This document shows, one piece after another, positions 39,471 to 49,504 of a DNA stretch of 64,000 nt. Position numbers and translations under genes: made by a program. The stretch is from contig CAKPPF010000004.1 in NCBI GenBank assembly GCA_934177485.1, positions 10,916-74,915 of the forward strand. The letters are read 5' to 3'. The stretch comes from an uncultured Clostridia bacterium (GTDB lineage: Bacteria > Bacillota > Clostridia > TANB77 > CAG-508). Under the pieces are notes generated by a model. That model ran no database searches, was not told where the DNA came from, and was given only the letters and a program-made list of their open reading frames with translations. Position 1 is the stretch's first letter; every line of letters starts with the position of its first letter.

Positions 39471-40256
39471 CTAAAAAAGACTTGTTTTTGACGCGTCCAC
39501 AAAAGAATCATTTTTTGCTCGTTCTACTGTTATATCTGCAAATAGTTCTTCTTGTGTGGTTTTTACTTTATTTCTTCTTGATAATTCAAGTAATCCATTA
39601 AATGCTGTTACAACTTCTTGTTTATTGCATTTTGAAATTGAATATAGTTTATTAAATACAAACTTTGGTTTTTTTATTAATTCTTTAAACATTTCTTTTA
39701 CTTTACTTGCTACTGTATATTTTTCGATTATTGCAATTTTCTCTATGTTCTTAGCATTTTGATTTACTTTTTCGTTATTTCTTTCTACAATAGCTTGGTA
39801 TATTTGTGGAAGTATATCTGGTGTATATTCAACTTCTAGTTTTTGTTTTGGAAGTTCTATTGTTTCTGCAATTTTAAAAAATCTTTTTGAGAACTCTAAA
39901 TAATTTTCTTTTAGCTTTGAAGTTATCTCTTTATATTTTTTGTACTCAATTATCCTTTCTATTAACTGTTCTTCAGTAAGTTCTTCTTCATTTTCTACTT
40001 GATTTGGAAGTAGACCTTTTGATTTTATATATAATAATGTAGATGCCATTATTATAAACTCACTTGTTACTTCTAAGTTAGCTTCCTCCATTGCATTTAT
40101 ATATTCAATATATTGATCTGCTATTTCACTTATTTTTATGTCATATATGTTCATTTTATTTTTATCTATAAGATGACAAAGTAAATCTAGAGGTCCCTCA
40201 AAATTTTCTATTTTAATTGCATATTTATTTGATTCTAATGTTAATACATTTTGCAT
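39471..40256 (-). CDS. scpA: segregation and condensation protein A
   Basis: FEGPLDLLCHLI motif and ScpA-like length. Confidence 0.85.
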   Translation of the reverse strand: MQNVLTLESNKYAIKIENFEGPLDLLCHLIDKNKMNIYDIKISEIADQYIEYINAMEEANLEVTSEFIIMASTLLYIKSKGLLPNQVENEEELTEEQLIERIIEYKKYKEITSKLKENYLEFSKRFFKIAETIELPKQKLEVEYTPDILPQIYQAIVERNNEKVNQNAKNIEKIAIIEKYTVASKVKEMFKELIKKPKFVFNKLYSISKCNKQEVVTAFNGLLELSRRNKVKTTQEELFADITVERAKNDSFVDASKTSLF

Positions 40257-40260
40257 TTTA

Positions 40261-40719
40261 TTAGTTTTCCTTCCCGTTAATTGCTATTTGTTTTATTATA
40301 TCCTCACTATAACCTTTTTTTCTTAAGTAATTCTTAATTTCTTCTTTGTCCATTACATTTATTTTTTTGTTAAATATATTTTGAGCTGATTTAAGTTCAT
40401 ATTCGTATAGTTCCTCTTGATGATCACAAAAGTAGTCCTCCATAAAATTGCTATTTATCCCTTTTGAAAACAATTTATACTTTATTTCTTTCCTAGATAA
40501 ATTATTTAAAGCTTTAAATTCTCCAATTGCTCTTTCAATGTATTTTGCATCACTTAAATAACCCGCTTCTTTAACGTATTCTATTATATCATCTAATAGA
40601 TTTTCTTCAAGTGTTTTAGAAAATTTATTTTTAACTTCATATTCAGTTCTCTTTTTATACATAATGTAATTCATAACTTTTGTTTTAGCTTTATCAAATT
40701 CTTCTATTGAATAATCCAT
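40261..40719 (-). CDS. recX: recombination regulator RecX
   Basis: 152-aa helical-repeat protein immediately downstream of recA. Confidence 0.7.
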   Translation of the reverse strand: MDYSIEEFDKAKTKVMNYIMYKKRTEYEVKNKFSKTLEENLLDDIIEYVKEAGYLSDAKYIERAIGEFKALNNLSRKEIKYKLFSKGINSNFMEDYFCDHQEELYEYELKSAQNIFNKKINVMDKEEIKNYLRKKGYSEDIIKQIAINGKEN

Positions 40720-40877
40720 CTATTTTCTCCTGTTTATTAACTCAAAACTATATTTTATCTATATAAAAAGCATATAACACAAGGTAAAAATATAAAGAAG
40801 CTTCATATGCATACTGTTGTACTCTATGAGTCTTCTTTATATTCTTAGTAATCTAAATACATAGCTTTTAATTTGAT

Positions 40878-41939
40878 TTATTCAGTTTCTTCGTCTGAAT
40901 CGTTTTCTTCGTCTCCTAAACTTTTCTCAAATGCTTCTGAAAATTTTGCTCTTATCTTTTCTTCTATGTCTTTCATCATTTCTGGATGTTCTTTTAAATA
41001 TTGTTTTACATTTTCTCTTCCTTGTCCAATTCTTTCTCCGTTATAACTAAACCATGATCCGCTTTTTTCAACAATATCCAAATTAACTCCTATATCTAGT
41101 ATATTTCCTTCTTTTGATATTCCTTTTCCGTATACTATATCAAATTCGGCTTCTCTAAATGGCGGAGCAACTTTATTTTTAACAACTTTAACTCTTGCTC
41201 TATTTCCTACAACTTCTCCATCTTGTTTTATATTTTCAATTTTTCTTATATCTAATCTTACTGATGAATAATATTTAAGAGCTCTACCACCAGTTGTTGT
41301 TTCTGGATTTCCAAACATTACCCCAACTTTTTCTCTTAATTGATTTATAAATATAAGTACTGTTTTAGATTTATTTATAGCTCCTGCTAATTTTCTTAAA
41401 GCTTGTGACATGAGTCTTGCTTGCAAACCAATATGTGAATCTCCCATGTCTCCATCAATTTCAGCCTTTGGAACTAATGCTGCAACAGAGTCAACTACTA
41501 TTACATCTAATGCTCCACTTCTTATAAGAGCTTCTGCTATTTCTAATGCTTGTTCACCTGTGTCTGGTTGAGATACTATTAAATTATCAATATCTACTCC
41601 TAAGTGTTTTGCATATACTGGATCTAATGCATGTTCTGCATCTATAAAAGCAGCTTCTCCATTCATTTTCTGTGCTTCTGCTATTATATGTAGCGCTAAT
41701 GTTGTTTTTCCTGAAGACTCTGGTCCATATATTTCTACTATTCTTCCTCTTGGAACTCCTCCAATTCCTAATGCTATATCTAAACCTAATGCCCCTGTTG
41801 GTATAGCTTCTATATTCATTGCTTGGAATTCTCCAAGTTTCATAACTGATCCTTTTCCAAATTGTTTTTCAATTTGCCCCATTGCAGCTTCTAATGCTCT
41901 TTTTTTCTCTGGATTTTCATTTCCCATTAAAATTACCAT
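40878..41939 (-). CDS. recA: recombinase RecA
   Basis: Walker [10 protein letters not shown] and the RecA signature [13 protein letters not shown]; the start may be ATG 41927. Confidence 0.97.
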   Translation of the reverse strand: MVILMGNENPEKKRALEAAMGQIEKQFGKGSVMKLGEFQAMNIEAIPTGALGLDIALGIGGVPRGRIVEIYGPESSGKTTLALHIIAEAQKMNGEAAFIDAEHALDPVYAKHLGVDIDNLIVSQPDTGEQALEIAEALIRSGALDVIVVDSVAALVPKAEIDGDMGDSHIGLQARLMSQALRKLAGAINKSKTVLIFINQLREKVGVMFGNPETTTGGRALKYYSSVRLDIRKIENIKQDGEVVGNRARVKVVKNKVAPPFREAEFDIVYGKGISKEGNILDIGVNLDIVEKSGSWFSYNGERIGQGRENVKQYLKEHPEMMKDIEEKIRAKFSEAFEKSLGDEENDSDEETE

Positions 41940-42043
41940 TCCTTCCTTTTTCTATATGTTACATCTCATTTTTGAAAAGAATTATTATTTAGTAAAATGA
42001 TATGAATAGACTAATCTACATCATAATAAGCTTTCCAAAACTT

Positions 42044-42093
42044 AAACATTTGTTTGTATATTGCTATTATATATTAAAAAAATTATTTGTCAA
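42044..42093 (-). promoter_or_regulatory. recA promoter with a LexA-like (Cheo-type) box
   Basis: Minus strand TTGACA (42088-42093), 17 nt, ATAATA (42065-42070), then AAACAAATGTTT (42044-42055), which is AAC-N4-GTT. Confidence 0.4.
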
Positions 42094-42111
42094 CAGTTTT
42101 TTTAAATTTTT

Positions 42112-43725
42112 TTATTTTTTAGAATATTCTCTATACCAATTTTCAATACCATAAAATACATTATAAGAATTTGGCTTTATGCTTCCTTTCAAATTTTTAT
42201 TATATATTAAAGAACTAGTATTATAATTTAGACTTATGTATGGAACTTCTAAATTATATTTTTCTACTATACTTGAATACTCTTTTCTTATTTCATTTTC
42301 ATCTTTTATATTTTGAGCTTTTAACAAAGTTTCTCTTATGCTTTCACTATTGTAATTAGCTAAGTTACCATCTCCAAAGTATTTCTCTAATGAAGGGCTG
42401 TATCCATATGTTGAATCAACTAAAATCATATCATAATTTTTATTATTTATATATTTATTATATTGTTCGTCTTTTGCTTCTATTATTTTAATCTGTATTC
42501 CTATTTTTTCAAGATTTTCCTTAATCATATTTGCCATCTTTATCATATTGCTATTTTTGTTTGTAACTAGTTCTAGTTCTATTTTTAGATACTTACCATT
42601 TACTGTTTTTCTCCATTTTTTATTTTCGTATTTCCAATTGTTATCTACTAATAATCTTTTAGCATTATTAGAGTCATATTCAATATATGTATTAGATTTA
42701 TCATAAGCATAGCTTCCATAGTCTAAAGGAAAATTAGATACAATAGCATTCATATGCAAGTTATTTGCTATTTCATTTTTATCAATTGATGCATTAATTG
42801 CTTGTCTAACTTCTATATTATTTAATATATTATTATCACAATTTAGTGCTAAATAACTATAGTTTCTATTTATATAATCAACTTTATTATAATTCACATG
42901 TTTTAGGTATTCATCTATATCTTTGTTAGCTGTAGTAAAAATATCAATTTGACTTTCCTTAAATGCATTTATTGTTTCTGATAATGAACTATAAAGTTTA
43001 AGATTTATTATATCCAACTTTGTACTTTTCTTATCAAAATTTGCAACACTCTTTTTAAGAATTATGTTATTATTGGTTGTCTCTGAAATATAATATCTTC
43101 CTGTTCCAACAGTTTTAATATTTTTGCTTTCTAATAAAAAATTATCTTCATTATAATATTTGCAAGATACAATTGGAAATATTAGATTATATTCATAAAA
43201 AGGTATATCTTTATTTGTCTTTAGTTTTATTGTTGTTTCATCAATAACTTCAACTTCTTCTATATCTTTCACATTATAATAATAAACAGAATCACTTCCA
43301 ATTTTCTTTAGCATATCAATAGTAAATTCAACATCAAAAGCATCAAATTTGTTGCCATCATGCCACTTTATTCCATCTTTAAGTTTTATAACATATGTCT
43401 TATCTGCTATTTTTGAGCATTCTTTTGCTAAATCTGCTTCTAGCTTGTACTCATCTTGAGTTAATGTAAATAATGAATCAAATATAAGCCTAGAAATATC
43501 CTGAACATTTTTGTTGTTACTTATTATAGGGTTAATATTATCAAATTCTATAATTCCTATTCTAATCTCGTTTGAGTCAACTTTTTCATTTTCAACACTT
43601 ACATAATTCTCTGGTTTTATTTTCTCTTTTTTATTATCGTTCTTTGTAATAAATTTGTATATTCCAAATAATACTACAATCACCAAGATTAATATTATAA
43701 TTCCTTTTGAAGAACTTTCCTTCAT
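42112..43725 (-). CDS. ABC-transporter family-5 (peptide/nickel type) substrate-binding protein, membrane-anchored, orphan
   Basis: 537 aa with an N-terminal TM anchor and no lipobox Cys. The overall pattern is SBP_bac_5-like. No permease or ATPase genes lie nearby. Confidence 0.7.
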   Translation of the reverse strand: MKESSSKGIIILILVIVVLFGIYKFITKNDNKKEKIKPENYVSVENEKVDSNEIRIGIIEFDNINPIISNNKNVQDISRLIFDSLFTLTQDEYKLEADLAKECSKIADKTYVIKLKDGIKWHDGNKFDAFDVEFTIDMLKKIGSDSVYYYNVKDIEEVEVIDETTIKLKTNKDIPFYEYNLIFPIVSCKYYNEDNFLLESKNIKTVGTGRYYISETTNNNIILKKSVANFDKKSTKLDIINLKLYSSLSETINAFKESQIDIFTTANKDIDEYLKHVNYNKVDYINRNYSYLALNCDNNILNNIEVRQAINASIDKNEIANNLHMNAIVSNFPLDYGSYAYDKSNTYIEYDSNNAKRLLVDNNWKYENKKWRKTVNGKYLKIELELVTNKNSNMIKMANMIKENLEKIGIQIKIIEAKDEQYNKYINNKNYDMILVDSTYGYSPSLEKYFGDGNLANYNSESIRETLLKAQNIKDENEIRKEYSSIVEKYNLEVPYISLNYNTSSLIYNKNLKGSIKPNSYNVFYGIENWYREYSKK

Positions 43726-43909
43726 TTTTCTCTCCTATATTATTAATTTATATATACATAATATAATATTTTGCATTATTTTTCAATCATTCCAACAATA
43801 ACATGCTTAAATTTTTATACATAATGAAAAATAGTTATATGATTTTTATTGTCATATAACTATTTTGGGTATAATATCAAAAATATTATTTATCTATTTA
43901 AAATTTATT

Positions 43910-44173
43910 TTAAACTCTTGATTCAACAATTATTTTTATTCCCGTTCTGTCTTCCCCTTCAACTTCCACTTCAGCGAATGCTGGTACACATACAAGATCA
44001 ACCCCTGATGGTGCAACAAAACCTCTTGCAATAGCTACTGCCTTTATTGCTTGATTTAATGCTCCTGCTCCTATTGCTTGCATTTCTGCTTTGTTAGATT
44101 CCTTAACTAGGCCTGCTATTGCCCCTGCAACTGAATTTGGATTTGATTTTGCTGAAATTTTTAAAACTTCCAT
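43910..44173 (-). CDS. spoVS: stage V sporulation protein S
   Basis: MEVLKISAKSNPNSVAGAIAG...; start at ATG 44173 after AGGAGGAAAAAA. Confidence 0.9.
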   Translation of the reverse strand: MEVLKISAKSNPNSVAGAIAGLVKESNKAEMQAIGAGALNQAIKAVAIARGFVAPSGVDLVCVPAFAEVEVEGEDRTGIKIIVESRV

Positions 44174-44299
44174 TTTTTTCCTCCTAAATATAAATTTTGT
44201 TTCATTTGAGAACAATTAATTTATATTATATTGTTACACATTTGTCTAGTGTTTTTTGGAAATTGTTGGAAATTTTGTATGTTCTTTTCATTGCTTTTT

Positions 44300-45070
44300 C
44301 TACATATTTATTCTGGATATGTTTTCTGTTCGACCGTTTTCGTCATTAATACTAAATAAACAACCATTAAGTTTGCACTTTCCTTCTGCAAGTTTATATT
44401 TTTCTGGAAGTGTAGTTACAAATCTTTTTATTGATGCACCTTTTTCCATTCCTATTACCGAATTAATTGGACCAGTCATTCCTATATCTGTTATATATGC
44501 AGTTCCTTTAGGTAAAATAGTTTCGTCAGAAGTTTGAACATGTGTATGTGTTCCAAATATAATATTTGCTTTACCATCTAAATAACTTGCAAATGCAATT
44601 TTTTCTGCTGTTGCTTCTGCATGAAAGTCTATAATGATATAATCAGATATATCTTTTATGTTATTAATAATTTCTTCTACAATTAAAAATGGATTTTCTG
44701 TTAAAATTCCCATATTTGTTCTACCTAATGCGTTAATTACTGCAATTTTTTTGTTTTTACAACTATATATATTATATCCTTTTCCACATACTCCTTTAGG
44801 ATAATTTGCTGGTCGTATTAACCTTTCATTATCAATAATATTAAAAACGTCCTTTTTAGCCCATGTATGATTTCCTAGAGTTACCACATCTGCTCCAGCA
44901 AGTATTATTTGATTAAACAATTTTTCTGTAATTCCCATTCCACCTGCAACATTTTCTCCATTTACAATTACAAAATCTATATTATTTTCTTTTTTTAAAT
45001 TAGGTAGATTTTCCTTTAATTTTAAAAGGCCATTTTCTCCAACTATATCTCCAACTGTAAGAATATTCAT
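44300..45070 (-). CDS. ymdB: YmdB-family metallophosphoesterase (2',3'-cyclic-nucleotide phosphodiesterase)
   Basis: Motifs GDIVG, VNGENVAGG and GNH; conserved rny-ymdB-spoVS order. Confidence 0.85.
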   Translation of the reverse strand: MNILTVGDIVGENGLLKLKENLPNLKKENNIDFVIVNGENVAGGMGITEKLFNQIILAGADVVTLGNHTWAKKDVFNIIDNERLIRPANYPKGVCGKGYNIYSCKNKKIAVINALGRTNMGILTENPFLIVEEIINNIKDISDYIIIDFHAEATAEKIAFASYLDGKANIIFGTHTHVQTSDETILPKGTAYITDIGMTGPINSVIGMEKGASIKRFVTTLPEKYKLAEGKCKLNGCLFSINDENGRTENISRINM

Positions 45071-45146
45071 ATTTATTCCTCTTTTCTTGTTTTTTAATAT
45101 ATAATACTATATTTTAAATATTAATGCAATTGAAAATTGACATAAT

Positions 45147-45175
45147 TTGTGTTTTTACTATTTTTGTGCTATAAT
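45147..45175 (+). promoter_or_regulatory. extended -10 promoter of the 109-aa orphan gene
   Basis: TGCTATAAT (45167-45175) with a weak -35 TTGTGT. A 5'-UTR hairpin CCATTT-N13-AAATGG and a strong RBS AAGGGGG follow. Confidence 0.4.
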
Positions 45176-45239
45176 TTAAGTATGCCATTTGTTTTTCCCT
45201 TATAAATGGTAAATAAAACTTAAGGGGGTTCAAACTTAT

Positions 45240-45569
45240 ATGAAGTTTGATGAAATCATTCGGGTAGTCGGAGTAAATCCCAGTATTTTTCCTAAAATCA
45301 ATCAGATTGATCTTGTTCTTTATGATCGCAAAGACAGGATTGAGATAGGTGACAATATTAAATTCGCTGAAGAACTCTTTAAAAATAACTATAAAGAAGG
45401 TTTGCGTTTTATTAATTACCTTATTTCGATGGAAAGAAGTTCAAAATCGATTTCAAGTATTTCTGTCTTGATCGATGATCACTGTGTAGTTTTGTTTTAC
45501 AAAACTCCGAACGCCAAATTTTTTAGGCGTATACCCAGATCTATGTCATCTTTGGATTACATGGATTAA
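45240..45569 (+). CDS. orphan 109-aa protein, no recognisable family
   Basis: ORF with a strong RBS, its own promoter and its own terminator. It lies on the plus strand between the minus-strand core genes rny and ymdB and is visibly richer in G+C than its neighbours. Confidence 0.6.
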   Translation: MKFDEIIRVVGVNPSIFPKINQIDLVLYDRKDRIEIGDNIKFAEELFKNNYKEGLRFINYLISMERSSKSISSISVLIDDHCVVLFYKTPNAKFFRRIPRSMSSLDYMD

Positions 45570-45571
45570 AA

Positions 45572-45606
45572 AAGCCGGATCGTTTTTTAACGGTCCGGCT
45601 TTGTTT
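45572..45606 (+). terminator. intrinsic terminator of the 109-aa gene
   Basis: AGCCGGATCG-TTTTTTAA-CGGTCCGGCT followed by TTGTTT. Confidence 0.75.
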
Positions 45607-45698
45607 ATATAGTATGAAATTTCTCATTTCCTACTATATAAAAATGCTATAATCGCTATTGCCTTTGTGATTTCCTCATTTCGTTCGGAAACTCAAAT
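45606..45698 (-). repeat. intergenic repeat copy in inverted orientation, abutting the rny stop codon
   Basis: Palindrome TATATAGTATGAAAT/ATTTCCTACTATATA (45606-45640), then the reverse complement of the core (TTTGAGTTTCCGAACGAAATGAGGAAATCACAAAGGCAATAGCGATTATAGCA). Confidence 0.75.
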
Positions 45699-45699
45699 T

Positions 45700-47241
45700 T
45701 TATTTTGCGTATTCAATTGTTCTGGTTTCTCTAATTACATTTACTTTTATTTGTCCTGGGTATTCCATTTCATTTTCAACTTTTTTAGCAACATCTCTAG
45801 CTAGAACTGTCATATCGGCATCAGATATTTTATCTGGTTTTACTATAATTCTAATTTCACGTCCTGCTTGTATTGCAAATGATTTGTCAACACCATCAAA
45901 AGAATTTGCAATTTCTTCAAGATTTTGTAATCTTTTAATGTATGCGTCTAATGTTTCTCTTCTTGCTCCTGGTCTTGAAGCAGATATTGCATCTGCAGCT
46001 TGTACAAGTACAGCTTCTAATGTTTTTGGTTCAACATCACCATGATGAGCTTCTACTGCATTAATAATTAAATCATTTTCTTTAAATTTTCTTAATACTT
46101 CAACACCAAGTTCAACGTGTGTTCCTTCCATATCATGGTCTAACGCTTTTCCTATGTCGTGTAATAATCCAGCACGTCTTGCTCTAGTTGAATCTAATCC
46201 TAGTTCTTCAGCCATTATTCTTGCTAAATTTGAAACTTCTATAGAATGGTTTAAAACATTTTGACCATAACTTGTTCTGTATTTTAGTTTTCCCAATAAT
46301 TTAACAATTTCTGGATTTAGTCCCATAACTCCTGTTTCTAATGTTGCTCTTTCTCCTTCTGCTTTAATTGTTGCTGCTATTTCTTCTTTTGCTTTTTCAA
46401 CCATTTCTTCAATTTTTGCAGGATGGATTCTTCCATCATCTATTAATTTTTCTAGAGCTAATTTAGCAACTTCTCTTCTTAATGGATCAAAGCCAGATAT
46501 AACAACAGCGTCAGGTGTATCATCAATTATCAAATCTATTCCAGTTAGGGTCTCTAAAGTTTTTATATTTCTACCCTCTCTACCAATTATTCTACCTTTC
46601 ATATCATCGTTAGGTAAATTAACTATAGAAACTGTTGTCTCAGATGTATGATCTGCTGCACATTTTTGAATTGCATAACTTAATATTTCTTTGGCATTTT
46701 TATTAGCTTCCTCTTTTGCTTTGCCTTCTATATCTTTTATAAGTAATGCTTTTTCTGTGTTTAATTGTTTTTCTAACTCTGATAGCAATTGTTTTTTTGC
46801 ATCTTCTGAAGATAATCCAGATATTCTTTGCAATTCTTGCATTTGTTTGTTGAATATTTCCTGTACATCTTCTTTTTTCTTTTCAATTTCCTGAAATTCT
46901 TTATCTAGTGCTCTTTCTTTTTTGTCATATGTTTCAATACGTCTATCTAGATTTTCTTCTTTTTGTATTAGTCTTCTTTCTTGACTTTGTACTTCGCCTC
47001 TTCTTTCTCTAATCTCTTTATCTAGTTCATCCCTAGATTTCATAATTTCTTCTTTAGCTTTTAAAATCTCTTCTTTCTTTATGCTTACTGCATCTTTTTT
47101 TGCATCTTCTAATAATCTTTTTGCTTCATTTTCTGCACTTGTTATTTTTGATTCAGCTGATTTTTTTCTTATAACTATACCTATTGGTATAAATATAGCT
47201 CCTGAGATTAGAACAGTGGCGATAATAATTATTGCATTCAT
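45700..47241 (-). CDS. rny: ribonuclease Y
   Basis: N-terminal TM helix, coiled coil, KH domain ([11 protein letters not shown]) and HD domain (LLHDIGK). Confidence 0.95.
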   Translation of the reverse strand: MNAIIIIATVLISGAIFIPIGIVIRKKSAESKITSAENEAKRLLEDAKKDAVSIKKEEILKAKEEIMKSRDELDKEIRERRGEVQSQERRLIQKEENLDRRIETYDKKERALDKEFQEIEKKKEDVQEIFNKQMQELQRISGLSSEDAKKQLLSELEKQLNTEKALLIKDIEGKAKEEANKNAKEILSYAIQKCAADHTSETTVSIVNLPNDDMKGRIIGREGRNIKTLETLTGIDLIIDDTPDAVVISGFDPLRREVAKLALEKLIDDGRIHPAKIEEMVEKAKEEIAATIKAEGERATLETGVMGLNPEIVKLLGKLKYRTSYGQNVLNHSIEVSNLARIMAEELGLDSTRARRAGLLHDIGKALDHDMEGTHVELGVEVLRKFKENDLIINAVEAHHGDVEPKTLEAVLVQAADAISASRPGARRETLDAYIKRLQNLEEIANSFDGVDKSFAIQAGREIRIIVKPDKISDADMTVLARDVAKKVENEMEYPGQIKVNVIRETRTIEYAK

Positions 47242-47387
47242 AATTATATCCCTCTTTTCTATTAAATTTTCAATGTTCTAATATATATTTAATTCACTTA
47301 TTAATTTATATAATAAAACTTACCTATTCTATTTTACATTTTATATATCAAACTGTCAAGTGCTTTCATATTTTATTCACAAAAGGA

Positions 47388-47579
47388 TTAATTCTCATTA
47401 CCTCTTTTTTCAATCTTTGTAATCATTTTTAATGCTTTAGGTCTTTCAAGCATTATAACATGTCCACATCCTTGGCATTCCATTTTAAAGTCTACACCTA
47501 CTCTTGTAATTTTCCATAATTTACTTCCACATGGATGGACTTTTTTTGTTCTTACAATATCACCAATGTTATATTCCAT
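47388..47579 (-). CDS. DUF951-family small protein
   Basis: GDIVRTKKVHPCGS..W...R.G.D....C.GCGH pattern typical of DUF951. Confidence 0.7.
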   Translation of the reverse strand: MEYNIGDIVRTKKVHPCGSKLWKITRVGVDFKMECQGCGHVIMLERPKALKMITKIEKRGNEN

Positions 47580-47624
47580 AATTTAAACTCCTTTAATGAA
47601 TTATAATTTGTATAAATATTAGTA

Positions 47625-47710
47625 TGGGTCTTTTAATATAAAATTTTTTCAAGTTCCTGCTTCGCTCCACTCAGAAGCGTCACTTTCAAAAATTTATATT
47701 AAAAGGCCCA
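47625..47710. repeat. 86-bp imperfect palindrome (about 23-nt arms) downstream of gltX
   Basis: TGGGTCTTTTAATATAAAATTTTT ... AAAAATTTATATTAAAAGGCCCA, enclosing an inner GCTTC/GAAGC hairpin. Confidence 0.6.
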
Positions 47711-47834
47711 TTATTAATTAACATATAATAGATAAAACTTTAAAATAGCATTGTATCTATCTTTTCTTCCTATACATATTTTTAATTTTTTATTTTTTCA
47801 GTTATTCAAAACGTCATACACATACAACTAAAAT

Positions 47835-49499
47835 TTAATTAAATTCTTTTAATCTTTTTATTACTGTGTCTTTTCCTAATACTTTTATTATTTCATATAA
47901 GTCCGGAGTATTTGTTTTAGATGTTACTGCTATTCTTATTAGTGTACTCACATCTCCAACGTGTGCCTCATATTTTTCTGGATTTGCTTTAAATTCTTTT
48001 ACTTCTCTTGCATAACCAAATTCTTCTGCTAGGTCTTTTAATTTATCAAACCATGTTTGTTTATCGTCATTTATGTCAAAATATTTATCTGCATAAGTAT
48101 TTAGTATTTCCTTTATTTTTTCTTTGTCTGTGATTTTTTGTAGTTCATAGTTTGATTTTATTTTTTCAAATTCTTCATCAAACATATATCCTATGTTTTC
48201 TTTTAAATCAGACCATTTTGCAATATCTTTTCTTGGCTTTTCATTTCCTCTTTCTATTCCTAATACTTTAAGTGTATAATCTTTATTTTTTTGCAATAAT
48301 TCAAATAATTCTTTATCATATTTATTTGCCCATTTAATTGCATTTTCATATACTTCTTCTGCTGAATATTTTGATATTACAATTTTTGATACATCTAAAA
48401 GTTTTACCATATCAAATAAAGCTCCGCTTACACTCATTTTATTTAGTTGGAAATCAAATTCAGAAATATCTGCATTTTTGTTTTGTTTTCTCCAGTTTTC
48501 AAAATTAGAGTTTGCAATATTTAATAAATATTCTTTTACTGCCAAACTTGGTATTCCTTGCTCATCATAATAGCTAACTGCTGCTTCTTTATCTTTTCTT
48601 TTACTTAATTTACGTTTGTTTCCATTATCATTTTTCATTATTGGAGCAATGTGGCAATACTTTGGAGCTTTAAATCCAATTTCTTGAAAAAGTTGTAAAT
48701 GAAGTGGCACAGATGATAACCATTCATCACTTCTTATTACATGTGTTGTATGCATTAAATGGTCATCAACTAAATGTGCAAAATGATAAGTTGGAAGTCC
48801 ATCTGCTTTTATTATTACTATATCTTGGTCGTTTTCTGGAAAGTCTACATTTCCTTTTATAACGTCTTTATGTTTTATTTTTCTGTCTTCTCTTCCTGGT
48901 GATCTAAATCTTATTATATATGGTACCCCAGCCTTAATCTTTTCTGCTGCTTCATCTATAGGAAGGTTTCTATATTTTGCCCATACTCCATAGTATCCAG
49001 GTCTTACTTTTGCTGCTTCTTGTTTTTTTCTCATTTCATCTAATTCTTCTGCTGTTGCAAAACATGGGTAAGCCTTTCCAATAGATATCATATATTTTGC
49101 ATATGCTTCATATATTTCTTTTCTATTGCTTTGTTTATATGGTCCATAATTTCCAATTTCTTCATTTTCAGCAATTTGTCCTTCATCTGGGCTCATGTCA
49201 AAATCTCTTAGTGAATTTACAATACCTGTTACACCATTTTCAATTTCTCTTTTTTGGTCTGTATCTTCTATTCTTAAGAAAAATACTCCATTTGTCTTTT
49301 TTGCTGCTGTTCTTGCAACAAGTGCTTGATATAACCCTCCAATGTGCACAAATCCAGTTGGACTTGGAGCAAATCTTGTTACTATTGCTCCTTCTGGTAA
49401 ATTTCTTGCTGGATATTTTTCTTCATAATATGAAATATCCTTTGCATTTGGAAATATTAAATTTGCTAAATCTTTATAATCCATTTTTTGGTCCTCCAT
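47835..49499 (-). CDS. gltX: glutamate--tRNA ligase
   Basis: HIGH-type motif (PSPTGFVHIGG) and KMSKS-type motif (KLSKR). Confidence 0.95.
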   Translation of the reverse strand: MEDQKMDYKDLANLIFPNAKDISYYEEKYPARNLPEGAIVTRFAPSPTGFVHIGGLYQALVARTAAKKTNGVFFLRIEDTDQKREIENGVTGIVNSLRDFDMSPDEGQIAENEEIGNYGPYKQSNRKEIYEAYAKYMISIGKAYPCFATAEELDEMRKKQEAAKVRPGYYGVWAKYRNLPIDEAAEKIKAGVPYIIRFRSPGREDRKIKHKDVIKGNVDFPENDQDIVIIKADGLPTYHFAHLVDDHLMHTTHVIRSDEWLSSVPLHLQLFQEIGFKAPKYCHIAPIMKNDNGNKRKLSKRKDKEAAVSYYDEQGIPSLAVKEYLLNIANSNFENWRKQNKNADISEFDFQLNKMSVSGALFDMVKLLDVSKIVISKYSAEEVYENAIKWANKYDKELFELLQKNKDYTLKVLGIERGNEKPRKDIAKWSDLKENIGYMFDEEFEKIKSNYELQKITDKEKIKEILNTYADKYFDINDDKQTWFDKLKDLAEEFGYAREVKEFKANPEKYEAHVGDVSTLIRIAVTSKTNTPDLYEIIKVLGKDTVIKRLKEFN

Positions 49500-49504
49500 T
49501 CTTT

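Noticed and set aside
47580-47834. T-box or other riboswitch in the gltX-DUF951 spacer.
   Set aside because: No GGUGGUACC-type T-box sequence is present. The spacer is downstream of gltX, which is fed directly from rnj, and the structure is a simple long palindrome.
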